Assembly (NCBI GenBank): GCA_046051725.1
Contig: JBJONS010000191.1
Coordinates: forward strand, 1 to 40,158
Source: Pseudomonadota bacterium
GTDB taxonomy: Bacteria > Myxococcota_A > UBA796 > UBA2385
DNA: 40,158 bases
Reading direction: 5' to 3'
Shown here: positions 7,371-19,806 of the stretch, piece after piece
How positions within the stretch are numbered: position 1 is the first letter of the stretch
How the letters are laid out: the number at the start of each line of letters is the position of its first letter
The notes under the pieces: model-generated
The model's input: the letters and a program-made list of their open reading frames with translations, nothing else
Told to the model about the DNA's origin: nothing
The model's database searches: none
Made by a program: the position numbers and the translations under genes

Positions 7371-8845
7371 GCGCCCGGCCGCCCGCCGCCGTCGCCCTGC
7401 CCGCCGGGGGCTGGTCCCGCGCCCGCGCCGCCGGGCCGCGGATCTTGGCCGGCGTCGCGGCGGCGGCCCTGCTCGTCCTCGCCGCCTGGAACCTGCACCA
7501 GGCCCACGCTTGGTCGGACACGCTCACGGTGGCCGAAGCCGACCGCATGGGCCGCGCGCTGCGCCCGCACCTGCACCCTGAGCCCGGCGGTCCCCGCCCC
7601 GAGGGCGCAGAGGCCCAGGCCGCGCTGGACGCCGCGGTGCTGGCGCTCTGGCCCGATGGCCTGCGGGCGGTGCTGGTGGTCGACCCCATGGGTCAACCCG
7701 CGCTGGTGGCCGGCGCTCCGGTGCTGCCGCCCCACCTGCTGCCGGCGGGCCTGGACCAGCCGCTGCGCGGGGACGGCGGCGCGCGGGCCCAGCTCCCGCC
7801 GCCAGGGGGCCCGAGGGGCGGCCCCGAGGGCGACGACGCGGAGACCGAGGGACCGGACATCGAGACGGAGGACGGCGGGCCTGGCGAGCCGGCCGCCGCG
7901 CCCCGGGGCGCAAAGGGCAAGGGGAAAGGAAAAGGCAAGGGCAAGGGAAAGGCCGGAGAGCATGGGTCCATGCCCCGGATCTACGTCGACGTGGCCGCAC
8001 CCGAGGCCGCCGCCCTGGTCGCCGGGGCGCAGCGCCAGCTCGCCCTGAGCGCGCTGGTGGGCGCCGGGCTGGTCGGGCTGGGCCTGCTGCTCGGGCGCGC
8101 CGAGAGCGCCCGCCGCGCCGCCGATCAGGCCCTGGTCGAGGCGCAGCACCTCGCCAGCCTCGGGCAGGTCGCCGGGGTGATGGCGCACGAGCTGCGGACC
8201 CCCCTCGCCGCGCTCAAGGGCCACGCCCAGCTGCTCGAAGAGCTGAGCGAGGGCCGGGCGCGGGACCGGGCCGCGCGGGTGGTCGCCGAGGCCCAGCGCC
8301 TTGAGCGGGTGACCGAGGACCTGCTCTCCTTCGCGCGCATGGCGTCGATCAGCCGCAGCCTGCAGGACCCCGCCGCGCTCGTGAAGGAGGTCGCCGCCCG
8401 GGCCCCCGACCGGGTCCGCGTGCAGGACGCCGGCGCCCCGCGGCGCTTCCCGCTCGACCCTGAGCGCTTCACCCAGCTGGTCGAGAACCTCGTGAACAAC
8501 GCGCTGGTCATCGATGAGGACGGGGGAGAGGTCCGGGTCCAGCTCAGCGCGGCCGCGGGCGGCCTGCGCCTCGTGGTCGAGGACCACGGCCCGGGCCTGC
8601 CGCCGGGCGACCCCGAGCGGCTGTTCGCGCCCTTCTTCACGACCCGGGCGCGGGGCACCGGCCTCGGGCTCGCGGTCGCCCGCCGCTGCGCGGTGCTGCA
8701 CGGGGGCCGCCTCTGGGCCGAGCGCCGCGCCGAGGGCGGGGCGCGCTTCATCGCGGTCTTGCCTCCCGGTCCACAGGCAGATCGGCAGCATGGATCCTCC
8801 ACCAATACAGGGAGCGGAGATGGCGAGATTGCTGGTGGTCGATGA
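7367..8845 (+). CDS. Membrane sensor histidine kinase (two TM segments, ~190-aa periplasmic loop, HisKA + HATPase_c)
   Basis: GTGA overlap with the upstream gene. TM1 ILAGVAAAALLVLAAW, TM2 LALSALVGAGLVGLGLLL. H-box MAHELRTPLAALKGHAQLL. N-box LVENLVNNAL. G-boxes EDHGPGLP and GTGLGLAVARR. Confidence 0.85.
   Translation: MSARPPAAVALPAGGWSRARAAGPRILAGVAAAALLVLAAWNLHQAHAWSDTLTVAEADRMGRALRPHLHPEPGGPRPEGAEAQAALDAAVLALWPDGLRAVLVVDPMGQPALVAGAPVLPPHLLPAGLDQPLRGDGGARAQLPPPGGPRGGPEGDDAETEGPDIETEDGGPGEPAAAPRGAKGKGKGKGKGKGKAGEHGSMPRIYVDVAAPEAAALVAGAQRQLALSALVGAGLVGLGLLLGRAESARRAADQALVEAQHLASLGQVAGVMAHELRTPLAALKGHAQLLEELSEGRARDRAARVVAEAQRLERVTEDLLSFARMASISRSLQDPAALVKEVAARAPDRVRVQDAGAPRRFPLDPERFTQLVENLVNNALVIDEDGGEVRVQLSAAAGGLRLVVEDHGPGLPPGDPERLFAPFFTTRARGTGLGLAVARRCAVLHGGRLWAERRAEGGARFIAVLPPGPQADRQHGSSTNTGSGDGEIAGGR
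7913..7951 (+). repeat. In-frame (AAR-GGN)7 repeat encoding (KG)7 inside the kinase periplasmic loop
   Basis: aag ggc aag ggg aaa gga aaa ggc aag ggc aag gga aag read directly. It translates as KGKGKGKGKGKGK within GAKGKGKGKGKGKGKAGE. It is a purine-rich island in otherwise GC-saturated DNA. Confidence 0.8.
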
Positions 8846-10163
8846 TGAGGAGGGGGTCCGCAGCTTCCTCTGCGACGCGCTCTCGCTGGTGGGGCACGAG
8901 GTGACCCCGGCCAGCGGCGGGGCCGAGGCGGTGGCCCTGCTCGCCCGCCAGGCCTTCACCGGCGTGCTCACCGATCTCAAGATGCCGCGGGTCGACGGGA
9001 TGGAGGTGCTCAAGGCCGCCCGCGAGCACCAACCCGAGGCGCCAGTGGTCGTGCTGACCGCGCACGGCAGCGTGGACGCCGCCGTCGCGGCGATGAAGGC
9101 GGGGGCCTTCGACTTCCTGCAGAAGCCGCTCGAGAGCCCGCGCGCGCTGCGCGAGGTCGTCACGCGCATGGTCGAGCAGCACCAGCTGCTCTGCCGGGCC
9201 GAGCAGGCGCCCGTTGCCACCGAGGCCGCCCTGACCTGGGGCGACCCAGTGATGGCGCCGGCGGTCAGCGCCCTGCACCGGGTGGCCAGCACCGAGGCCA
9301 CCGTGCTGCTGCTCGGCGAGTCGGGCGTGGGCAAAGAGGTCGCGGCCCGGGCGGTCCACGCCCGCAGCAAGCGGTCGGCGGGCAGCTTTGTGGCGGTCAA
9401 TTGCGCGGCGCTCAGCGAGACCCTGCTCGAGAGCGAGCTGTTTGGCCACGAGAAGGGCGCGTTTACCGGCGCGGTCGCCCGCAAGCGGGGCAAGCTTGAG
9501 CTGGCCGCCGGCGGCACCTTTTTTCTCGACGAGGTGGGCGAGCTCAAGCCGGACCTGCAGGCCCGCCTGCTGCGGGTGCTCCAAGAGCGGCGCTTTGAGC
9601 GGGTGGGCGGGGTCCAGACGGTCACCGCCGACGTGCGCTGGGTGGCCGCGACCAACCGCGACCTGCGCCAGCTGGTCGCCGAGGGGCGCTTCCGCGAGGA
9701 CCTCTACTACCGGCTCGCGGTCTTCCCCATCGAGATCCCCCCGCTGCGGGCGCGCACCATGGACATCGTGCCGCTGGCCCGGGTGCTGCTGCAGCGGGTC
9801 GGCGCCGAGCTGGGGCGCCCGGCCCTGCGGCTGGGCGCGGCGGCCGAGGCCGAGCTCCTCGCCCACCCGTGGCCGGGCAACGCGCGGGAGCTGGGCAACG
9901 CGCTGGAGCGGGCGGCGATCTTGAGCGACGGGCCGCTGATCCACAGCCTGGCCCTGCCGGTCCGCGCCGGGCCCACCGGGGCTGCCGCCGCGCCCCTGGC
10001 CGCCCCGGTCGCCGCCGCCGGCGGCACGCTCGACGAGATCGAGCGGATCGCCGTGCAGCAGGCCCTTGCCGCCGAGGGGGGGCACCGCCGCCGGGCCGCA
10101 GAGCGCCTGGGCATCGCCGAGCGCACGCTCTACGACAAGCTCAAGCGCCACGGGCTCGCCTGA
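8820..10163 (+). CDS. NtrC-family sigma-54-dependent response regulator (REC + AAA+ + Fis-type HTH)
   Basis: REC domain: MARLLVVDDEEGV...LTDLKMPRVDG...LTAHGS...FLQKP. Walker A GESGVGKE. Sigma-54 contact loop GAFTGA. Walker B FFLDEVGE. Also RFREDLYYRL. C-terminal HTH: RRRAAERLGIAERTLYDKLKRHGL. GGAGCGGAG precedes the ATG at 8820; an in-frame ATG at 8790 is the alternative. Overlaps the kinase gene by 26 nt. Confidence 0.9.
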   Translation: MARLLVVDDEEGVRSFLCDALSLVGHEVTPASGGAEAVALLARQAFTGVLTDLKMPRVDGMEVLKAAREHQPEAPVVVLTAHGSVDAAVAAMKAGAFDFLQKPLESPRALREVVTRMVEQHQLLCRAEQAPVATEAALTWGDPVMAPAVSALHRVASTEATVLLLGESGVGKEVAARAVHARSKRSAGSFVAVNCAALSETLLESELFGHEKGAFTGAVARKRGKLELAAGGTFFLDEVGELKPDLQARLLRVLQERRFERVGGVQTVTADVRWVAATNRDLRQLVAEGRFREDLYYRLAVFPIEIPPLRARTMDIVPLARVLLQRVGAELGRPALRLGAAAEAELLAHPWPGNARELGNALERAAILSDGPLIHSLALPVRAGPTGAAAAPLAAPVAAAGGTLDEIERIAVQQALAAEGGHRRRAAERLGIAERTLYDKLKRHGLA

Positions 10164-10732
10164 TGGCGAGGCGGCTCCGCGGCCTCATCCTCGGGTCCCC
10201 GGCGCTGGTGACGCTGGCCACGGTCGCCTGCGCCGATCGCGCCGGCCCGGCGGCGGGTGACACCGCGGCGCGCGAGGCGCCAGCCCTGCTCCCGGTGGAC
10301 GCCTGGCGCCCGGTCGCGGCCGAAGCCGGGCCCTTCGCCGATCCGCCGACGGCCGCGGTCTACTGCAGCGAGCTGGCCTGGCGGGTCGAGCCGCAGGCCT
10401 TCACCGCGCCGATGTTCGAGGTGCGCTCGGACCTCTGCCTCTGGGGGGTCTACGCGCAGGCCCTCGACGAAGATCTCGTCGAAGGGGACGTGCTGGCGCT
10501 CACCTTCGCCTGGGGTGAGACCTGGGCCGCCGCCCCCACGGCCGCGCTGCTCGGCCTCGCGGTGGGCGACGAGCTGCTGTGGAGCGAGGCGGTGCCGGTG
10601 CCGGGCCCGGCGGGGGAGGAGGACCTGCGCCTGCCGGTCCGTGCCCCGCACGCCGCCGGAGAAGAGGTCACCCTGCTCGTGAGCAACCACGGGACCAACA
10701 CCTGGGCCTTCTCGGAAGGGGTGCGAGAGTAG
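10163..10732 (+). CDS. Lipoprotein, function unknown (last gene of the sensor operon)
   Basis: The ATG shares its A with the TGA stop of the regulator gene (TGATG). Lipobox LVTLATVAC. GC3-rich codons. No recognised domain. Confidence 0.6.
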   Translation: MARRLRGLILGSPALVTLATVACADRAGPAAGDTAAREAPALLPVDAWRPVAAEAGPFADPPTAAVYCSELAWRVEPQAFTAPMFEVRSDLCLWGVYAQALDEDLVEGDVLALTFAWGETWAAAPTAALLGLAVGDELLWSEAVPVPGPAGEEDLRLPVRAPHAAGEEVTLLVSNHGTNTWAFSEGVRE

Positions 10733-10776
10733 CCATCCGCCTGGGCCCGCGCCGCTCCGCCGCGATACGGGCGCCC

Positions 10777-11562
10777 ATGCGCCGCTCCGGTCTGTCCTCC
10801 GCCCCGCTCTCCCCTCCGCCGACCGACCCGCTGGCCGACGGGGACGCCGACCCCGAGGCCCTCGACGACGGCTGGGTCTACGCCCCGCCGCCCGGACCGG
10901 TGGTGGTCGTGCACGCCGACCGCGATCTGGTGGTGATCGACAAGCCGAGCGGGCTGCTGAGCGCGCCCGGCCGCGGGCCCGCCCAGGCCGACAGCGCCCT
11001 GCTGCGCGTGCACGAGCGCTGGCCCACCGCCGAGCCTGTCCACCGGCTCGACCTCGACACCTCGGGCCTGCTGGTCTTCGCCCTCCGCGGCAAGGCGACC
11101 CGGGCGCTGATGGCCCAGCTCCGCGACCGCAGCGTCGACAAGCGCTACCTCGCCTGGGTGGACGGTGCGCCGGCGGCCGAGGCGGGCGAGATTGACCTGC
11201 CGCTGCGGCGCTTGGTCGGCCAGCCCCGCTCGGTGGTCGATCCGAGCGGCCGGCCGAGCTGCACCCGCTGGCAGGTGATCGAGCGCCGGGCCGGCGCGAC
11301 CCTGCTCGCGCTCGAGCCGCAGACGGGCCGCAGCCACCAGCTGCGCCTGCACCTGCGGGCGATCGGGCACCCCATCCTCGGAGACCGCTTCTACGCCCCA
11401 CCCGACGTCATCTCCGCCGCGGGGCGCCTGCTGCTGCACGCCGCAGAGCTCCGCCTGCTCCACCCTTGGTCGGGGGCCCCCCTGGCGCTGCGCGCGCCTC
11501 CGGGTCCCGACTTTACCCCGAAGGTCTCGGCGGACCCCGCGATAAGCTCCGCGCGGGGATGA
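10777..11562 (+). CDS. RluA-family pseudouridine synthase
   Basis: DLVVIDKPSGLLSAPG, the catalytic HRLDLDTSGLLVFAL, then GRSHQLRLHL and LLLHAAELRLLHP are the conserved RluA/RluD family blocks. No S4 domain is present. Start taken at the ATG at 10777 within the longer ORF 10579..11562. Confidence 0.85.
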   Translation: MRRSGLSSAPLSPPPTDPLADGDADPEALDDGWVYAPPPGPVVVVHADRDLVVIDKPSGLLSAPGRGPAQADSALLRVHERWPTAEPVHRLDLDTSGLLVFALRGKATRALMAQLRDRSVDKRYLAWVDGAPAAEAGEIDLPLRRLVGQPRSVVDPSGRPSCTRWQVIERRAGATLLALEPQTGRSHQLRLHLRAIGHPILGDRFYAPPDVISAAGRLLLHAAELRLLHPWSGAPLALRAPPGPDFTPKVSADPAISSARG

Positions 11563-11675
11563 GCTCCGCCTGCGCCGCACCGGAGGGCGGGCGGGGCCGG
11601 CCAGTTGACGTGCTCCTTGCGCCCCCGGGGGTGCGCGCAGGCCCCGCGGTGGACAGAGGGACCGCAGGAGACCCC

Positions 11676-13034
11676 ATGCCCGCCGACCCAGCTGCGCCCA
11701 CCGCGCCCACCGCGCCCATCGACACCCCGGCCGCCGCGCCCCTCGCCGCCGCGCCGCCGCCGCGCACCGGCCGCCGCGTGGTCATCGTGGGCGGGGGCTT
11801 CGGCGGCCTCGCGGTCGCCCGCCGCCTCGCCGACACCGACCTGCAGGTCACCCTCATCGACCGCAGCAACCACCACCTGTTTCAGCCGCTGCTCTACCAG
11901 GTGGCCTCGGCCGCGCTCGCCCCCGCCGACATCGCCGAGCCGATCCGCAGCATCATCGGCGGGCACGACAACGTCGAGGTGCGCCTGGCCGAGGTCGAGG
12001 CGGTGCAGCCCACCGAGCGCCGCCTGATCTTGCGCGGAGGCGAAGAGGTCGGCTGGGATTGGCTGGTGCTCGCCGCCGGGGCCCGCCACGGCTACTTCGG
12101 CCGCCCCGAGTGGGAGGTCGAGGCGCCGGGCCTCAAGACCCTGCCCGACGCGCTCGAGATCCGCCGCCGGGTGCTTTTGGCGTTTGAGCAGGCCGAGTGG
12201 GAGACCGACCCCCACCGCCGGGCGGCCCTGATGACCTTCGTGGTGGTCGGCGGCGGACCCACCGGGGTCGAGCTCGCCGGCTCGATCGCCGACATCGCCT
12301 CCCAGTCCCTGCCGGGTGATTTTCGGCGGGTCGACACCCGCCAGACCAAGGTTGTGCTCATCGAGGCCGGCCCAAGCGTGCTCGGCAGCTTCGCGCCCCC
12401 GCTCCGTGAGGCCGCGGCCGAGCAGCTCCGCGCGCTGGGCGTCGAGCTGCGCCTCGGCGCGCCCGTCGAGCAGGTCGATGAGCACGGCGTTGTGGTCAAG
12501 GGTGAACGGATCTCGGCCGAGACGGTGCTGTGGGCGGCCGGCAACGAGGCGAGCCCGCTGGGCCGCTCGCTCGGCGTCCCGCTCGACCGCGCCGGCCGGG
12601 TCATCGTCGGGCCCGATCTATCGGTCGAGGGCCACCCCGATCTCTTCGTGATCGGCGATCAGGCGCACGTCGAGGGCCCGGCGGGCCTGGTGCCGGGCGT
12701 GGCGCCGGCGGCCCAGCAGATGGGGAGGCTCGTCGCCCGGAACATCCTCGCCGACCACCAGCGCCGGCCCCGCAAGGCCTTCAGCTACCGCGACAAGGGC
12801 AGCATGGCGACCATCGGCCGCAGCAAGGCCGTCGCCCAGCTCGGCCGGCTGCGCCTGCGGGGCTACCTCGCGTGGCTGCTGTGGGCGGTCGTCCACCTCG
12901 CCACCATCAGCACCTTCCGCAACCGGGCGGTGGTGTTCATCAAGTGGGGCTGGGCCTGGTTCACCTTCGACCGCAGCAGCCGCATCGTCTGGACCCAGGC
13001 GCCGGTCCGGCCGCCCCGCCCGCCCGAGGGCTGA
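11676..13034 (+). CDS. ndh: Type II NADH:quinone oxidoreductase (NDH-2)
   Basis: RRVVIVGGGFGGLAVARRL...IDRSNHHLFQPLLYQVA (first dinucleotide fold). FVVVGGGPTGVELAGSI (second fold). FVIGDQA. C-terminal membrane-association helix region. GGAG lies 6 nt before the ATG at 11676. Confidence 0.9.
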   Translation: MPADPAAPTAPTAPIDTPAAAPLAAAPPPRTGRRVVIVGGGFGGLAVARRLADTDLQVTLIDRSNHHLFQPLLYQVASAALAPADIAEPIRSIIGGHDNVEVRLAEVEAVQPTERRLILRGGEEVGWDWLVLAAGARHGYFGRPEWEVEAPGLKTLPDALEIRRRVLLAFEQAEWETDPHRRAALMTFVVVGGGPTGVELAGSIADIASQSLPGDFRRVDTRQTKVVLIEAGPSVLGSFAPPLREAAAEQLRALGVELRLGAPVEQVDEHGVVVKGERISAETVLWAAGNEASPLGRSLGVPLDRAGRVIVGPDLSVEGHPDLFVIGDQAHVEGPAGLVPGVAPAAQQMGRLVARNILADHQRRPRKAFSYRDKGSMATIGRSKAVAQLGRLRLRGYLAWLLWAVVHLATISTFRNRAVVFIKWGWAWFTFDRSSRIVWTQAPVRPPRPPEG

Positions 13035-13065
13035 GCGGCCCCGCGCGGACCACCCAGGCCCGCGC

Positions 13066-13983
13066 TCAGCGCGCCGCCGGTGCCCGAGGCGCATCGAACG
13101 GCCCGAGGCCCAAGATCGCCCGCAGCCCCGGGTGGGTGGGGCGCCGGCTGGTGGTGAGCGCGAAGACCTTGTCCTCGACGCCCTCGAGCGGGCCGATCGG
13201 CCGCAGGTTGTGGCGCTCGGCGAGCTCGGCCTCGACCGCGGTGGGCATCGCGATGCAGCCCAGCCCCGCCTGCCCGAACGACTTGAGCATGGCGCTGTCT
13301 TCGCACTCGGCCACCACCTGCGGGCGCAGCTGGCGGTCGCCGAGCCAGGCCTCGACGGCCCGGCGCCGGTCGCTGCCCTCGGCCGAGAGCAGCAGCGGCG
13401 CGCCGTCGAGGCTGGCCGGGAAGCCGGGCGCCAGCGCCGCGACCAGCGCCGGGGCGCCGTAGAGCGCCACCGGGCTGCGCAGCAGCGGGTGGGTGTGCAG
13501 CTTGAGGCCCCGGCTGATGCCCGCGGGCGCGTCGGTCAGCACCAGGTCGAGCTCGTGCAGGCCGAGCTCAGCGACGAGGCGGTCGGGGCGGCCCTGGCGG
13601 CAGAGCAGGTGCACCGGCCGGGCGAGCTGCAGGGCCGGCTGCACGAGGCGGGCGCTCAACAGCTTCGGGAGCACGTCAGCGACGCCAATCCGAAGCCTGA
13701 GCACCGCCGCGGCGCTGCCGACGTCGCGCAGGCCCGCCTGCAGCTCTTGCCCGAGCCCGAAGATCTGGTCGGCTGACTCGAGCGCGGCCCGGCCCGCCTC
13801 GGTCAGCTCCATCCCGCGGCCCCGGCGCACGAAGAGCTCGACCCCGAGCTGCTCTTCGAGCTGGCGGATCTGGGCGGACACCGTCGAGGGCGCGAGGCGC
13901 AGCTTCTCGGCGGCGGCGGTCAGCCGCCCCTCGCGGGCCACCAGCCAGAAGTAGTGGAGGTGGTGGTAATTGAGCCACTCCAT
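13066..13983 (-). CDS. LysR-family transcriptional regulator, NhaR-like subtype
   Basis: The N-terminus MEWLNYHHLHYFWLVAREGRLTAAAEKLRLAPSTVSAQIRQLEEQLGVELFVRRGRGMELTEAGR is the NhaR-type wHTH (LNYxHLxYFW). A LysR substrate-binding domain follows. Confidence 0.9.
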   Translation of the reverse strand: MEWLNYHHLHYFWLVAREGRLTAAAEKLRLAPSTVSAQIRQLEEQLGVELFVRRGRGMELTEAGRAALESADQIFGLGQELQAGLRDVGSAAAVLRLRIGVADVLPKLLSARLVQPALQLARPVHLLCRQGRPDRLVAELGLHELDLVLTDAPAGISRGLKLHTHPLLRSPVALYGAPALVAALAPGFPASLDGAPLLLSAEGSDRRRAVEAWLGDRQLRPQVVAECEDSAMLKSFGQAGLGCIAMPTAVEAELAERHNLRPIGPLEGVEDKVFALTTSRRPTHPGLRAILGLGPFDAPRAPAAR

Positions 13984-13993
13984 GCCGGTCTCC

Positions 13994-14008
13994 TTCGGTT
14001 GAACCGAA
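13994..14008. promoter_or_regulatory. Perfect 7-1-7 palindrome containing a T-N11-A LysR-type box in the divergent LysR/IDH promoter region
   Basis: TTCGGTT-G-AACCGAA read directly. The inner TCGGTTGAACCGA fits T-N11-A. It lies 11-25 nt upstream of the LysR start codon, next to its GGAG, and about 95 nt upstream of the IDH-family gene. Confidence 0.35.
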
Positions 14009-14103
14009 CGGTGTGGCCGAAACTATCTCATGGTCGGCGCGGCGCACGCACATAGAGGCACGAAGTAGAACCTGCGCCCCTCCCCTCGCCCTCGGAGCGC
14101 CCG

Positions 14104-15606
<1,503 letters not shown>

Positions 15607-15679
15607 GGACGGGAGGGGAAGGATCGAGCAGGGGCGGCTCTCGGGCGTCGGTGCGGGAGGGGTTGGGGTCGGCCGGCCC

Positions 15680-17728
15680 TCAATCCCCGCCCTCGTCCTC
15701 CCCCAGCCGCACCGGCAGCGCCACCACCTCCCCACCCTCCGCCCGCTCGACCTCCAGGCAGATCCCCAGCGCGTCCAGCCCGCCCTCGGCGCCCAGCTCC
15801 TGCGCCAGGCCCACCAAGCCCGAGATGGCCTCCAGCTCACCACCTTCGCCGAGCAGCTGGTCGAGGGGCAGCGGGGCGCCGGCCACCTGCACCCCGCGCA
15901 CCCGGTCGCCGGCCCGCAGGCCCAGGCCCGCGGCGAGGCTGTCGGGCAGCACCGCGTCGACCACGAGGCCCTCTCGGTCGACGCTCAGGGCGGCGCCGGC
16001 CTCAGCGAGCGGGTCTTGCGCATCGCCCCCGCCCAGGGTCACCAGTGTGGTGCGGCCGGCGTGGACCTCGATGGTGGCGCTGTCCCAGAGCGCGGGCAGG
16101 CGCTCGATGGTCCAGAGGCCGGGCGGGATGCCGCCCGTGATCTCGTCGCACCACAAGATCCCCCGCGCGGAGACAGAGGGATCCCCCGAGGGGCGCCAGG
16201 TCGCCAGCGGGAACCCCAGCTCGGGCACCTGACCGGTCAGCGGATCGGGGCAGCGCAGCTCCAGCGCCCCGAGCTGCGCCGGATCGAGGGTGCCCAGGTC
16301 TCGGCGCTCGCCCTGACGAAGCCCATCGACGCGAACCTGAGCCGCTATGCCATATCCCTGGTCCGAGAGGCTCCCATCGCTGCGGAGCGGGGCGAGACCG
16401 TCGACGGTCACGGACACCAACCAGTCACCCGGCGGAAGACCAATGATCTCAAAGGCCCCATCCTCCGCGATGCTGCCATAGGTTCGCACACCGGGGGTCC
16501 GCAGCATGGTGTAGAGGTCTGGCTCCCGGCGCAGCGCATTGACTGTGCCCTCCACCTCAGGCCCCCACCCGGCCACAACTCCGCGCACCGAACCACCCCC
16601 TGCGTCGAGCAGCACCTCGTCGACGTCATCTGGCACGCTCAGCTCGAGGCCTCCGCCCCGCACCACCGCACCGACGTCGGGGCAGGCACAGACCTCTGCC
16701 CGGAGCGCGCTCGCCCCGCCGTCCCCGGTCGCGCTCGGGTCGGCAGGCCCGCATCCGCCCGCTGCGAAGGCCGGGGTCAGCGCGCCGCCGCAAGCCAGGG
16801 GAGGGCAGGATCCATGCCGAAAGCCCTGACAGCGGACCACCACGCCCCGCACGTCGGCCAGCTGCAGCCGCAGCGCGGGCGGCTGCGCGGATGGGCGCAG
16901 CGCGAGATCGGCCCGCACCGGCAGGTAGCCCTCTGCCGAGGCGATCACGACGAGCTTCAGGGGATCGTCGTCGCCCTCCCAGGGGGCGGGCCCGGTCGGC
17001 GCCTCGATGGTGAAGCGCCCCGCGCGGTCGGTCCGCGCGCTGCCCCAACGCTCCACCGGTCCCCGGGGCGGCACCAGATCTCCAGCGGTCCAGGTGGGGC
17101 CCCGCTCCTCCTCGTACGGGTCGGGCGGGCCCAGACGCACCGAAGCGCCCTCCACCGCTGCGCCGTCCGGATCCAGCACGAGGCCCGACAACCAGCCCAC
17201 CGGGCGCAGGGCGAGCTCCACGCGCTCCACAGCCCCAGGTTCCAGCCACTGCGCCCGCCCCTGCCGCGCGAGACCGTTGGCCTGTGCGTCCATCGTGACC
17301 CACCCACAAGGCAGGCCGATGACCGGCTCGAGCACGCCCATCGGGAGGGTCAAGGTCAGCGGCGCGTGACCGAGCCCGAGGTCGAGCGTCACCGTCACCT
17401 CCCCGGGCGGCAGCGCGACCTCTGGATCGAAGACCAAACGGGTGCTCTCGCTGAAGGGGTCCGGCTCACGGGTGTATGCAGCGGCCGGCGCCGCGCGCAG
17501 CTCGACCGCGCAGGTGCCCACGGTCGGGCCCACCGGGACGGGGTCGGTCAGCGGTAGGGGCGCCCCCGTGACCAGCGGGAGCTCGGCGCGCAGCCCCGCG
17601 AGCAGCGCCCGCAACCCCAGCGCCGGCAGAACGACCACCAGCGCCGCGCAGCCCAGCCCCCACGCCCACCGCCGGCGGGGCGCGCCCACGGCGGATCTCG
17701 GATCGGGAGGGGTCAGTCGCGTAGGCAT
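15680..17728 (-). CDS. Membrane-anchored or secreted protein with carboxypeptidase-regulatory-like beta-sandwich repeats and a C-terminal PDZ-like domain
   Basis: N-terminal anchor WAWGLGCAALVVVLPALGL. Repeats of the type GLVLDPDGAAVEGASVRLG and GAFEIIGLPPGDWLVSV. PDZ-like GLVVDAVLPDSLAAGLGLRAGDRVRGVQVAG near the C-terminus. No catalytic motif recognised. Confidence 0.6.
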   Translation of the reverse strand: MPTRLTPPDPRSAVGAPRRRWAWGLGCAALVVVLPALGLRALLAGLRAELPLVTGAPLPLTDPVPVGPTVGTCAVELRAAPAAAYTREPDPFSESTRLVFDPEVALPPGEVTVTLDLGLGHAPLTLTLPMGVLEPVIGLPCGWVTMDAQANGLARQGRAQWLEPGAVERVELALRPVGWLSGLVLDPDGAAVEGASVRLGPPDPYEEERGPTWTAGDLVPPRGPVERWGSARTDRAGRFTIEAPTGPAPWEGDDDPLKLVVIASAEGYLPVRADLALRPSAQPPALRLQLADVRGVVVRCQGFRHGSCPPLACGGALTPAFAAGGCGPADPSATGDGGASALRAEVCACPDVGAVVRGGGLELSVPDDVDEVLLDAGGGSVRGVVAGWGPEVEGTVNALRREPDLYTMLRTPGVRTYGSIAEDGAFEIIGLPPGDWLVSVTVDGLAPLRSDGSLSDQGYGIAAQVRVDGLRQGERRDLGTLDPAQLGALELRCPDPLTGQVPELGFPLATWRPSGDPSVSARGILWCDEITGGIPPGLWTIERLPALWDSATIEVHAGRTTLVTLGGGDAQDPLAEAGAALSVDREGLVVDAVLPDSLAAGLGLRAGDRVRGVQVAGAPLPLDQLLGEGGELEAISGLVGLAQELGAEGGLDALGICLEVERAEGGEVVALPVRLGEDEGGD

Positions 17729-17881
17729 AGGCGGGCTCCATCGATGGGCGCAGGGCCGAGCCTACACCCGGCGGCTGCGCGCGGATTGGTCAAGGGCAGC
17801 GCCGCCCCGACGCGCCCCCGCGCCGGCCCGCGCCGGCCCGCGCCCGCATAAGCGAGCCGCCCGCCCGCGCCCGAGGCCCCC

Positions 17882-19669
<1,788 letters not shown>

Positions 19670-19806
19670 GTCGGCAGGGGCAGCGGGCGGCAGCGCCCCG
19701 CGCAGGCACGGACCTGTCGGGCCAGCGGACAGGAGCGGCGCGCGCCCACGGCGTCAGGCGCAGACAGCGCGCCCCGGGCCCTGACCCATGCCCTCCGGTC
19801 TGACGT

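Noticed and set aside
7076-9655. 859-aa minus-strand ORF across the kinase and NtrC genes
   Set aside because: Shadow ORF opposite two genes with complete kinase and AAA+ motif sets. The translation is Ser/Arg/Ala/Pro-rich with no recognisable domain.
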